A stretch of 64,000 nt of DNA from Chlamydiia bacterium (GTDB taxonomy: Bacteria > Chlamydiota > Chlamydiia > Chlamydiales > Rhabdochlamydiaceae), in the NCBI GenBank assembly GCA_963804085.1, contig CAWDOQ010000010.1, forward strand, positions 1 to 64,000. Direction: 5' to 3'. A program made the position numbers and the translations under genes. Numbering within the stretch: position 1 is the first letter of the stretch; every line of letters starts with the position of its first letter. Positions 45,135-56,940 of the stretch are shown one piece after another. Below the pieces are notes generated by a model. That model was not told the DNA's origin, did no database searches, and saw only the letters and a list, made by a program, of their open reading frames with translations.

Positions 45135-46190
45135 CGGTAAACTCTTTCTCTTTGACAGCAGACAACTCTGCTTCAATTTGCTCGACAGATGGAAGATTGC
45201 TCTTAAGATCTTTAGGTAGCGACTCGATAACTTTCGTCTTGTAAGTGGCAACTCCTATCGACCTCTTGCTTTCAGATAAGGCATATTCTATGACAAGACG
45301 TTTGCCTGTACGGCATAAAATCATGCCGATAGCTGGCTCATCATCAGGATGTTTTAACGCGGCATTAACAGCTGCGAGGTAAAATGCCATCTTGCCCGCA
45401 TATTCCGGTTTGAACGCAGTATTTTTTAACTCTACAACAACAAACCTTCGCAATTTGTAATGATAAAACAGCAAGTCTATTAGAAATTCTTCACCGTCAA
45501 CCTCAATCTTGTATTGACGTCCAATAAATGCAAAGCCCATGCCCAGCTCTGTTAAGAACTTTTGCATATGTGCGACTAGACCATCTTCGATCATTCGCTC
45601 ATCAGCATCCTCTCTGACAGGCAAGAACTCAAAATGGTAGGGATCTTTGAGTATAGCGTTGGCCAAATCAGATTGTGCCTTCGGCATTGTTGCCTTGAAA
45701 TTAGTGATAGCCTTTCCCTGACGACTATATAAATCCGAATCTATCCAGGTCTCCAACACATCGCGCGACCAGCCATTTTCAATTGTTTTATGGGCATACC
45801 AAAGGCGTTGTTTAGCATCTTTAATCCGATCCATGAGTATCACATTATGTCCCCAGGGAATTTGCGCAACAACCTGTTGCGTAATTGCAAAATCTGGATA
45901 AGCTTCCGCAAACTGTTTCATATAGAGTAAGTTACGAGACGACAACCCCGTCATTCTTGGAAAAGCAGCCTTTAAGTCTTTGGACATACGATCTATTACC
46001 TTAGATCCCCACCCTTCTTCTTTTGCTTCCGGACAATTGTTTTTCCAATGTCCCAATAAAGCTCCAGAAGCTTCTCGTTAACACTAAGTGATGCTTTTAC
46101 TTGGGCCGTACGAATGCGTTCTTTAAGCGCATCAAGGGTCTTGGCATAACTGGAGGGAATAAGACTATTGAGCTTTTTCTTTTTAGACAT
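45115..46190 (-). CDS. YhcG/DUF1016 PD-(D/E)XK nuclease-domain protein (frameshift near 46020)
   Basis: ORF 45996-46190 (LKERIRTAQ..LYWDIGK) plus ORF 45115-46056 (WGSKVID, KDPY.FEFL, ELG.GFAFIGRQ, IDLLFYH, VVELK). Confidence 0.88.
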
Positions 46191-46284
46191 GACCGTTTTT
46201 GCAAAAAATGACGAAATCTAGAGTATAGAGATCAACTAATTTTTTCTAGAAATTCTTGGCGATCACTTGAAGAGAGAAGAGTTT

Positions 46285-46405
46285 CTAGGTTTGAGATTTG
46301 GCAGTATTCACAGATGACACCAATATCGCTGTCAGTTCTCTTTGCTCTCCACACAGCGATTCTAACATGTTCTGTGCAACGATGTTTGATTCGATAAGAA
46401 GTTCA
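46285..46405 (-). pseudogene. C-terminal remnant of a four helix bundle gene
   Basis: ELLIESNIVAQNMLESLCGEQRELTAILVSSVNTAK resembles the last helices of the family; preceded directly by CAAAAGT-CAGAATG-CAAAATG heptads. Confidence 0.55.
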
Positions 46406-46441
46406 CTTTTGCATTTTGCATTCTGACTTTTGCCTGTCCCC

Positions 46442-47210
46442 CTGGAACCCCTCTCGCAGCGCCCTTCGGTTGCGCTGTCTTCCGGGGCAGTCATGTCGGC
46501 CGGTTTCGCGGCAGCGAAACATCGGCCTCAACTCGATTCCAGACAAATGCCAAACTTTTGGCTTTCTTAACTGGAACCCCTCTCGCAGCGCCCTTCGGTT
46601 GCGCTGTCTGCCGGGGGCGGCAGTCTCGGCCGGTTTCGCGGCAGCGAAACATCGACCTCAACTCGATTTCAGACGGAAGCCAAACTTTTGGCTTTCTTAA
46701 CGGGAACCCCTCTCGCAGCGCCCTTCGGTTGCGCTGTCTGCCGGGGCGGCAGTCTCGGCCGGTTTCGCGGCAGCGAAACATCGACCTCAACTCGATTCCA
46801 GACGGAAGCCAAACTTTTGGCTTTCTTAACTGGAACCCCTCTCGCAGCGCCCTTCGGTTGCGCTGTCTGCCGGGGCGGCAGTCTCGGCCGGTTTCGCGGC
46901 AGCGAAACATCGACCTCAACTCGATTCCAGACGGAAGCCAAACTTTTGGCTTTCTTAACTGGAACCCCTCTCGCAGCGCCCTTCGGTTGCGCTGTCTGCC
47001 GGGGCGGCAGTCTCGGCCGGTTTCGCGGCAGCGAAACATCGACCTCAACTCGATTCCAGACGGAAGCCAAACTTTTGGCTTTCTTAACTGGAACCCCTCT
47101 CGCAGCCGCCCTTCGGTTGCGCTGTCTGCCGGGGCGGCAGCTCGGCCGGTTTCGCGGCAGCGAAACATCGACCTCAACTCGATTCCAGACGGAAGCCAAA
47201 CTTTTGGCTT
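46442..47210. repeat. Six tandem copies of a 129-130-bp multi-hairpin unit
   Basis: Units start at 46442, 46571, 46701, 46830, 46959 and 47088; near-identical, with the tRNA-distal copy most diverged. Confidence 0.97.
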
Positions 47211-47213
47211 CCT

Positions 47214-47253
47214 TTCTGGCCAAAAAAAAACCCACCAAAGGTGGGTTTTTTTT

Positions 47254-47262
<9 letters not shown>
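47214..47262 (-). terminator. Bidirectional intrinsic terminator downstream of tRNA-Phe
   Basis: A9-CCCACC-AAA-GGTGGG-T9 with the stem extended by TTCTGGCC/GGCCAGAA. Confidence 0.85.
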
Positions 47263-47326
<64 letters not shown>

Positions 47327-47380
47327 AAAGAAGTAGCTCTCCAAGATAGGAATCTGGCAAATTTTCTGCAAGGAAAGAAG

Positions 47381-47932
47381 TTAGCACCTATTTGTGCAAC
47401 ATGGTGATTTTCTGAGCAGATAGACACTACTGGTTACAGCCAAGGCGCCGCCAATGCCGCCTAGCCAGGCTTCTAACGCGCTTTTGAAAATAATTTTGCA
47501 AACCACTCCTCCGAATAATCCACCGGCAAGAAGGCTGGTTGTGTAGCAGGCGCATGTTCGAAACTTCTGAACGGCCCAGTTTCCCACTCGTTGATGCAGG
47601 GGTGTAAGGGTGTGCTCCAATGTAATGATATGCTTATCGCTCTCTTGTCTTGAATTTTGCACCTGGACAAGCATCCTTTGTAGTTCTTCGGGCTGTTGTT
47701 GAAGACGTGCAAGAATTTTAGTCGTTTCTTCATGGGTGGCATCAGCGTTTTGTAAATTTTCTTTATGCTTCTCCCATAGAGATTTTTCTTTAGGAATGGC
47801 TGCCAAAGCAGGATCTACGATTGCGTCAAGCTTATCATGTTTCGCTAAAGCCCCATCGAGAGCTGCAATGCTCATCTCAAGAGCGGAAGCAGGGCCTGTT
47901 AAAGGGCGATCAACTGTATTATAAAATGACAC
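47381..47932 (-). CDS. Coiled-coil protein with bilobed hydrophobic C-terminus (Inc-like)
   Basis: Heptad-rich middle; two adjacent hydrophobic segments near the C-terminus. Confidence 0.6.
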   Translation of the reverse strand: MSFYNTVDRPLTGPASALEMSIAALDGALAKHDKLDAIVDPALAAIPKEKSLWEKHKENLQNADATHEETTKILARLQQQPEELQRMLVQVQNSRQESDKHIITLEHTLTPLHQRVGNWAVQKFRTCACYTTSLLAGGLFGGVVCKIIFKSALEAWLGGIGGALAVTSSVYLLRKSPCCTNRC

Positions 47933-48491
47933 ACTGACTCCATATCTGATTATTTTGCTTTAAATCGTGTAAACGTTTTTTATCACCATCTAAGAGCGTT
48001 TTTTCATTTTTAATTCTTGGCAGAAGAATTTCGCTCTCACGCTGACACAGAGAAACCACCCTATTACTCTCTGCGATATCCTGTTCGCATTGGATCCGCT
48101 TTTGCACTGTCTCCTGGATAAGCCTTTCTCGTTCCTCGTTGGCTCCGACAATCTCTGTAAGATTCTGCTGTTGTTTAACATTTTTAGCTTTTAACTGATC
48201 TAGTTTCGCTCGTGCTGTCTCGAGTATCCATTTCTGTTTTTCGATCTCCTTACCTTCATCCCACTCGTTAAATTCCTGCAAAGCAAAGGCACGCACAACA
48301 AAAACATGGGCGCGTTCGCTAAGCATTTTCTGTTGCTTGGCACGCAGATCGTCTAGCGGCAGCTTTGCAAGCGCCTCCACCAAGTCTATTGGTGAAGACT
48401 CTTCTGCATATGCGTTTAACTTGTCTAAGCAAGCAGAGCAACCGGGTTGATTAGAGGAGCAGGAGAGATCAATGCTATTACTTAAACTCAT
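47919..48491 (-). CDS. Coiled-coil protein ending in CaaX box (CVIL)
   Basis: ATG 48491 (MSLSNSIDL); long coiled coil; C-terminus QIWSQCVIL*. Confidence 0.65.
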   Translation of the reverse strand: MSLSNSIDLSCSSNQPGCSACLDKLNAYAEESSPIDLVEALAKLPLDDLRAKQQKMLSERAHVFVVRAFALQEFNEWDEGKEIEKQKWILETARAKLDQLKAKNVKQQQNLTEIVGANEERERLIQETVQKRIQCEQDIAESNRVVSLCQRESEILLPRIKNEKTLLDGDKKRLHDLKQNNQIWSQCVIL

Positions 48492-48504
48492 AATTCGACA
48501 TCGT

Positions 48505-49160
48505 TTACTGTTTAGAAGAGGAAAACCAACGACGGGCAACTGCAACCGCTCCCAGCAGAAGTACCGCTGCACAAATGATCTTCTTATTTTTCGAAATGCT
48601 GTTTTTCTGTTTTTGAATATCCAGATCAACCGCCTTCCTGCCTTCCTCCAGAGTTGCAAGCTCTTGTTTACGATTATCATAGAGGCCTTGCACATCGAGT
48701 TGCTCTTTTTCTTCTGAGTCGCTTGGGCTTCTGTCTCTTTGAACGCAACAGCTTCATTATCCAAACGACTTTGCTGCTGTGACGCCACGCGTAAGGCTTT
48801 TTGTAGCGCAGCTGCGACATCATCGGTCTTCTGTATTTCCACCCTTGTCTCATCGGGAATCTCTTTAGCTTTTTTCTCTAAATGCTCCTTGCGTAGCTTA
48901 TCCGTCCGTTCAAGATAGCTCGCATGTAGAGCAGAGAAAGAAAAATGATCAAGTTCCTGAAATTTTAAAACCGCGTGGACATAATTAGTAGGTAGAGCAC
49001 GGACAAATGTCGAATAATGACTTGTGCCCACCTTAGAGGTGATACGCATATTCAATGCCTGTATAGACAATTTGCGTGTTTGCACATTCTGAAGCGCTTC
49101 AACGGTGAAAAGATCGACACCTTTTCCTGCACCATTTCTTAATTTTGAAAGAAAACTCAT
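48505..49160 (-). CDS. Coiled-coil tail-anchored protein (frameshift near 48708)
   Basis: GAGG RBS, ATG 49160; the coiled coil continues into ORF 48505-48693 ending KKIICAAVLLLGAVAVARRWFSSSKQ. Confidence 0.6.
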
Positions 49161-49232
49161 TGACCACCTCGGATTAGACTTATCAAAAATGCAAGTATGA
49201 TAAAGCGAAAATCAAATCCAAGCAAGCGCAAG

Positions 49233-51179
49233 TTAGCGCACTTGGGGCTGCAGGTGGATCATGTCCTTGAGGATATGGACGGCTTCGGCCATTTGGAGGT
49301 CTTCTAGGCCGAAGTTGGTGGGGGTGCCTTTGGCTACTTCTGAGGGCTGGATGGTTTGGAGGAAAATTTTAAAGTTCTTGTCGTGCTCGAGGCGATACGC
49401 TGTATTGGTCCGGAGCTGGGGGAGCATTTTGATCCATTGAGACTGTTTCTTTTGCAGGTTAGGCAGGTAGTTTTTCTGGAACCAGACGCGGCTCTTTTGA
49501 TCGACGTCAGAGAGGGGGTCAACATAGGCGGAGGGAAGCTGGTCATTCTTGAGGGGATATTCTAGGTAGCGTTCGCCAATGTTATAGACCGAATACTCTG
49601 TTGGGACGACGATGTCCGCTTTGACTCCTTCTATCTGTGTGGATCTACCGGAAACGGTGTAGTACTTGCCGACTGTCACCTTAAAAAAGGCTGCTGCCTC
49701 TTTATCTGTGACTGTCTGGTACTGGATCGTTCCCTTGCCGTATGTGCGCTCGTCGCCCACCACGAGAGCTGAGCCGTAGTCTTGGAGCGCTTGCGCCACG
49801 ATCTCTGCAGCGGAGGCGGATGCTTTTGAAGTGAGGATAAGCATCGGGCCATCGTAGAAGATGCGGCCGTCGATCGTGCGCAGGTACTGCATCTCTCCCT
49901 CTGCGTATTTGGAGATGACGATTACACCGCTTGTGATAAACAGGCCTGCCACTTTTACCGCTTGATTCAGGAACCCTCCCGAGTTTTCTCGGAGGTCAAG
50001 CACAAGTCCTAAGATCTTGCCTTTGCTCTTGAGCTGCAAAAGCGCCTCGCGCATGTCTCTTTCGCAGCTGGAGTGGTCGCTGCTCTCATAGAACGAGGGC
50101 AGGACAAGTTTTGCAATCAATCCATCGCCTAAAGGTTCTGCGGTGTAGTGAAGCCGGTCATCTTCCATCACGATCTTCTCGCGCTTGAGCTGGATCCGGA
50201 CATGCTGCTCTTTTTGCCCCTCTCCCTGGCGCTTGACGCCGAGTTCAAGATCGCGCCCGCCCTTACCCTTCATGCGGCTCAGCACCTCTTCGTAGGGGGA
50301 ATCGACGACCGATTTGCCATCGATCTCGACTAGGAGGTCTCCCTTTTGAATCTTACCCGACTTTTCCGCAGGTCCGCCCTTGATGAGGTCGACGATCACG
50401 ACACCTTCTATATCCTCTTTGAGCACCACGCCCACCCCTTCAAACTCCTTTTCCAAGCTGGTGCGCATCTCAAAAGCCTCTTCAGGGCTAAAGAAAGCGG
50501 TGTGCGCATCTAAGCTTTTAGCCATCGCTTTTAGAATATGCATCGAAAAGTAGTGCTCTTTCTTGTCTCCCTTGCCAAAATAGGTCTCTTCGAGCCTGCG
50601 CAGGCGCTTTTCTAAAAAAGCAAAGACGCGGCTTCTCTCATCAGGGCCCCACTTATCTCTTGCCTTACTCTCTCTTTCGGCGGCCATAAAGCGGATAAGC
50701 TTTTTCTTGATCCTCTCGCGCAATTGCGCAGGGCTTGTCGCATACTGAAGATAGGTCTCCCCTACCGAAGTTACCGGCTCTTCAAAATTCAGGGTAAGCT
50801 CCCGTTCGACCTCTTCGCGCAGCTCACGGGCGCGCTTGATCGCCCTCTCTATCACCCCATTTAAAGCCTCATAATCGGAGAAATCGCCTGCTTTATAACG
50901 TTGGACTGCTAGTTCTAGATCCTTATCGGTGCCCTCTAAAAAGGGTTTGAGATCCCCGGCCAGAAGGTAGATCTTCTCCGGATCGCTCTGTTCAATAAAT
51001 ACCTTAAACGAGCGTTTGACCAGGAGAGGGTTAAACTCCTTGAATTCGACATGGTAGTTCAGCATCTGCTGCATGCTGTTAGGAATATCTGTGCGTTTGA
51101 GCTTTTCTGCCTGTGCAAAAAGCAGGGATCCGGAGGAGAGGAGTAGAAAAAGCAGGTATCTAAAAGGCATCACTGTCAT
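49233..51179 (-). CDS. tsp: Tail-specific protease (S41A, PDZ)
   Basis: LDAHT, PDZ GVGV, LDLRENSGG, SASAAEIVAQALQDY, TYGKGTIQ. Confidence 0.93.
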   Translation of the reverse strand: MTVMPFRYLLFLLLSSGSLLFAQAEKLKRTDIPNSMQQMLNYHVEFKEFNPLLVKRSFKVFIEQSDPEKIYLLAGDLKPFLEGTDKDLELAVQRYKAGDFSDYEALNGVIERAIKRARELREEVERELTLNFEEPVTSVGETYLQYATSPAQLRERIKKKLIRFMAAERESKARDKWGPDERSRVFAFLEKRLRRLEETYFGKGDKKEHYFSMHILKAMAKSLDAHTAFFSPEEAFEMRTSLEKEFEGVGVVLKEDIEGVVIVDLIKGGPAEKSGKIQKGDLLVEIDGKSVVDSPYEEVLSRMKGKGGRDLELGVKRQGEGQKEQHVRIQLKREKIVMEDDRLHYTAEPLGDGLIAKLVLPSFYESSDHSSCERDMREALLQLKSKGKILGLVLDLRENSGGFLNQAVKVAGLFITSGVIVISKYAEGEMQYLRTIDGRIFYDGPMLILTSKASASAAEIVAQALQDYGSALVVGDERTYGKGTIQYQTVTDKEAAAFFKVTVGKYYTVSGRSTQIEGVKADIVVPTEYSVYNIGERYLEYPLKNDQLPSAYVDPLSDVDQKSRVWFQKNYLPNLQKKQSQWIKMLPQLRTNTAYRLEHDKNFKIFLQTIQPSEVAKGTPTNFGLEDLQMAEAVHILKDMIHLQPQVR

Positions 51180-51378
51180 AATCCCGGGTATCGCGTATGG
51201 CTCAATCGCGTGTGGCTTAATATTTATTTACAGGAACCAATTTTATTTTTAATATCTATTTTTTCACATTTTTGAGCGAGAGGTTGAGGATTGCTTTTGC
51301 AAATAATTCAGTATCAGGATACATTTCTTCATATTTTCGATACACATACTAGAGACTAAACGAGGAGAAGAGGCTAAG

Positions 51379-51750
51379 ATGCCCACCATTAACCAGCTAG
51401 TACGCCAAGGCCGCCAGGACAAAAAACGACGTAATAAGTCGCCTGCGCTGCAACAATGCCCCCAAAAACGCGGGGTATGTCTTCAAGTAAAGACAAAAAC
51501 ACCTAAAAAACCTAACTCAGCTTTGAGAAAGGTAGCGTGGGTGCGCCTCTCTAATGGACAAGAGGTAATCGCCTACATCGGCGGAGAAGGCCACAACCTA
51601 CAAGAGCACAGTATCGTGCTAGTCAGGGGCGGAAGGGTAAAAGACCTTCCTGGCGTCCGTTACCACATCGTACGCGGCGCATTAGATTGCGCTGCCGTAA
51701 AAGACCGTAAGAAAAGTAGATCCAAGTATGGGGCGAAACGTCCCAAATAG
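51379..51750 (+). CDS. rpsL: 30S ribosomal protein S12
   Basis: [29 protein letters not shown]. Confidence 0.99.
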   Translation: MPTINQLVRQGRQDKKRRNKSPALQQCPQKRGVCLQVKTKTPKKPNSALRKVAWVRLSNGQEVIAYIGGEGHNLQEHSIVLVRGGRVKDLPGVRYHIVRGALDCAAVKDRKKSRSKYGAKRPK

Positions 51751-51790
51751 CCTAAACAAGGTAACTTAAACCAAGACAAGAGGAATAGCA

Positions 51791-52264
51791 ATGTCACGTA
51801 GACGTCGCGCTGTTAAGCGACAAATCGATCCAGATCCTGTATTCGGCAATTACGTCATCTCTAAATTTATCAACAAGATCATGCGCGGTGGTAAAAAATC
51901 CATAGCGCGCAAAATCGTCTACAACGCAATAGAGAAGTTTGCAAAGCGCGTGAAAGCAGAAGATGCCATTGTCGCTTTTGAGCAAGCACTCGAAAATGCA
52001 AAACCCGCCCTTGAAGTAAAGTCCCGCCGTATCGGTGGTGCCACTTATCAAGTGCCTATCGAGATCCCTCCAGATCGCAGAGCTTCTATGGCGATGAAAT
52101 GGATCATCACGCACTCGCAAGAAAAAGCAGGACGTTCTATGGAAGATGGCCTTGCAGCCGAATTAACCGACTGCTACCAGAACCAAGGAACGACAATTAA
52201 GAAAAAAGACGACACTCACCGCATGGCAGAGGCGAACCGCGCATTTGCCCATTACAAATGGTAA
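51791..52264 (+). CDS. rpsG: 30S ribosomal protein S7
   Basis: RRIGGATYQVP, HRMAEANRAFAHY. Confidence 0.99.
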   Translation: MSRRRRAVKRQIDPDPVFGNYVISKFINKIMRGGKKSIARKIVYNAIEKFAKRVKAEDAIVAFEQALENAKPALEVKSRRIGGATYQVPIEIPPDRRASMAMKWIITHSQEKAGRSMEDGLAAELTDCYQNQGTTIKKKDDTHRMAEANRAFAHYKW

Positions 52265-52276
52265 TCACTTAAAATT

Positions 52277-54367
<2,091 letters not shown>

Positions 54368-54387
54368 ACAAAATTTAGGAAATTATC

Positions 54388-54705
54388 ATGGCAAAGCAAG
54401 CGAAAAAGAAGATCAGGATAAGGCTGAAAGGCTACGACCAGCGCGTGCTCGACCGCTCGACCGCTGACATCGTTGAGACAGCAAAACGCACAGGCGCGCG
54501 TATCGCAGGCCCGATCCCACTTCCCACAAAGCGCGAGATCTACACCGTCCTCCGCTCCCCTCACGTGGACAGAAAGTCGCGCGAGCAGTTTGAGATCCGC
54601 ACGCACATCCGCATGCTCGACATCCTCAACCCCACGCCAGACACGATCGACAAGCTCAAGGTTCTGCCTGTCGCTGCCGGCGTCGACATCAAAATCAAAG
54701 CTTAA
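54388..54705 (+). CDS. rpsJ: 30S ribosomal protein S10
   Basis: [31 protein letters not shown]. Confidence 0.99.
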   Translation: MAKQAKKKIRIRLKGYDQRVLDRSTADIVETAKRTGARIAGPIPLPTKREIYTVLRSPHVDRKSREQFEIRTHIRMLDILNPTPDTIDKLKVLPVAAGVDIKIKA

Positions 54706-54716
54706 TTAATAAATGA

Positions 54717-54822
54717 AAGTGCGGTGACTTGTCACCGATTTTCTCAACCGAGACTTGTATCGGTGTTCTTTAAAAGCAGTGACAAGTCGCTGTTGTGAAA
54801 GCTGCGACGAGTTGAAGCACTC
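54717..54822. repeat. Degenerate REP-doublet-like palindrome after rpsJ
   Basis: AGTGCGGTGACTTGTCACCG ... GCAGTGACAAGTCGCTG ... GCACT. Confidence 0.55.
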
Positions 54823-54934
54823 GCAAATTAAGATCCACCGCCATTATAAAGTAAAAAATTTACTCGCATTGTTCTATTTGGTGCTTCCATGCTACACTCC
54901 TTGGACTTTCATCTAAATTTTAAGGAGAAAAACG

Positions 54935-55822
54935 ATGGGCGCTCAAATAAATGTTAACAGCAAGGCATATTGCACCAACTACGTAACAACAGCACAATAT
55001 GACGCAGGAATGTACCTAGGCGCAAATGCGAATGCCCCTGCAGTGGCACAGGCACAGCAAAACGGCGCCATTAACGCGATCTTCCGCCCCATCATCATCA
55101 ACTACACTGCTCCTCGATATAACTTCGACTTCAGCAGCCATATTGCACCCGCAGCTCCTGAAAGAGCCAAAACCAAAGAAGAGCGTGACCAAGAAACCGC
55201 AGACTGGGCAAAAGTAGTCGGTTCTGTCATTGCAGTTGTAGGCGCTTTTGCTTTCGCACTCATCTATAAGAACTATGCAGACCAAAGCGAAACGCTCGTT
55301 ACTACCCAAGAGGTGAATAGACAAGTTGCCGGCTGGGATAAGCATGCAGATCCTGTCCATCGCGACATCTACCAGCTGACTCAACGTCAACTCCAAATCG
55401 ATGAGCTCAACGCTTCTCGTATCAACAAATATACCCTCGCTGTGATCGGCGTCCTAGCGGGCGGTCTATTGATGGCGATCGGCGGATTTGCTGTCGCAAC
55501 AACTCTTATCACAGCAGGAGAGATCGTTCTTCTCGCCTCTGCCATCCTCGCCGCTTTCACACTCGGCTGGCATTGGAATGACGACGCAACCATTCGCAAA
55601 CACTATGAAGCGATCGCAGGACGTGTAGGTCCAGGCGCTCATCTCGGCCTTGCAGACAAGATTCTCACGGCTCTCCCAACCCTTGATGACAACATGAACT
55701 CTCTTGCATCCTACGACAGACCTCCGCAATACGTCCCTCTCTTTCCAGAGCTCTATCAGGCAGACGCTCCCCCACCTCCTGCTTATGCAGTCCAGCCCTC
55801 AGCGCCTGAGCTAAACGCATAA
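54935..55822 (+). CDS. Inc-like membrane protein with Pro-rich tail
   Basis: AAGGAG RBS; one TM plus a bilobed hydrophobic stretch of about 48 aa; tail with PPQY, PPAY and PSAP. Confidence 0.7.
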   Translation: MGAQINVNSKAYCTNYVTTAQYDAGMYLGANANAPAVAQAQQNGAINAIFRPIIINYTAPRYNFDFSSHIAPAAPERAKTKEERDQETADWAKVVGSVIAVVGAFAFALIYKNYADQSETLVTTQEVNRQVAGWDKHADPVHRDIYQLTQRQLQIDELNASRINKYTLAVIGVLAGGLLMAIGGFAVATTLITAGEIVLLASAILAAFTLGWHWNDDATIRKHYEAIAGRVGPGAHLGLADKILTALPTLDDNMNSLASYDRPPQYVPLFPELYQADAPPPPAYAVQPSAPELNA

Positions 55823-56095
55823 AGACAGTTGGCCCGCAAAAGAGCAATGGACTGAAAACGGACAAGAAATGGACCAAAACGGACGATAACGGACGCGGGC
55901 AAAAGAAAGAAATTGTCCGTTGGGGCGTTGTCCTTTTTCGTCCATTTTTTGTCCATTCCTCTTCGTTGTCCATTTCCGTCCATTAAGCCCCGTCCTTTTC
56001 TCTTGCAACCTGTTATTACTCTCGGCATTCCAAAAAAGAGAGGATCGGGCGCGCACGCGGGCGCGGAAGCGGGCGCGTGGAAGAGAAATGGAGAG

Positions 56096-56455
56096 TTAGG
56101 AGCCGCCGGCGCCTTTGATGTTGGGGTAGTTGGGGTCTTCTTGGTAGATTAGGTCGTAGGCGGGCTGTCTTTCTGTAGAGACTCTTTTGCCGACAACTTT
56201 GCCTCCTGAGATCAAGATGAAGTAGTGGTTCTCCTGAAGAGTATCACCCGCTACGTTCACCTTTTCGATGTACTCATACTCGTCAATGCCGCCGCCTTTA
56301 GAACGAATTCTGTAGGGATCTCCCCCTCTGGAGGTGACTTCGACTACAGAGGTCCCGAGTGAGATATCGTTAAACCTCTCTCTCGTCATCATCGATTGCC
56401 GATGGAAACAGCCGGCAAGCACAATGAGAACAAGAGCGAGAAGAGCCGTTTTCAT
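56096..56455 (-). CDS. Small lipoprotein
   Basis: Lipobox LAGC; coupled to the upstream ORF. Confidence 0.7.
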   Translation of the reverse strand: MKTALLALVLIVLAGCFHRQSMMTRERFNDISLGTSVVEVTSRGGDPYRIRSKGGGIDEYEYIEKVNVAGDTLQENHYFILISGGKVVGKRVSTERQPAYDLIYQEDPNYPNIKGAGGS

Positions 56456-56940
56456 TCCTTCTCCTCTTGCTCTTCTTTATTGGTTATCTCGGGTGGTGTG
56501 GTCTTTTGCCAGATCTTGCCGCGGATTAGAGTGCGGAACTGATCTTGTGTCGCATACTCAGCGCGCATGAGGTAGGAGCCATCTGCCTGTTTTTCGTAGA
56601 ACTCAAAGCCTTCAAACCCTAAGTCTGGGACTCGGAACTCCCAAGCGATCAGCTTATCGTTGATGATCCCTTTACCGACCACCTTGCCGATTGCCTGGTT
56701 TTCGAGTTCGATCGAAAAGTGGCTGGGACCGAGATCAAAGATGAGAAACTGGTTGTGCATCACATCGGATAGCCCTTTGACCTGGATCTCCTGTATGCAT
56801 TCGATCTTGCCGAGTGGATCGCGCGTGCTGACATTCCAGCGGGTCATAAAGCCGAGCTCTTCCTCGACCATGTTCAGTTGAATTTTGCCCTCGCCTAGCC
56901 AGGAGGTGGGAGAGAGAAGAAAAGGGTGAGTTGTCGCCAT
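56452..56940 (-). CDS. Hypothetical protein
   Basis: 162-aa ORF coupled to the rodA stop. Confidence 0.7.
   Translation of the reverse strand: MATTHPFLLSPTSWLGEGKIQLNMVEEELGFMTRWNVSTRDPLGKIECIQEIQVKGLSDVMHNQFLIFDLGPSHFSIELENQAIGKVVGKGIINDKLIAWEFRVPDLGFEGFEFYEKQADGSYLMRAEYATQDQFRTLIRGKIWQKTTPPEITNKEEQEEKE

Noticed and set aside
46442-47210. CRISPR array
   Set aside because: Units are 129 bp and near-identical throughout, with no unique spacers and no cas genes in the window
47919-49160. Single 413-aa protein as given in the ORF track
   Set aside because: The middle part is off-frame; better explained as two genes joined by an indel near 48708
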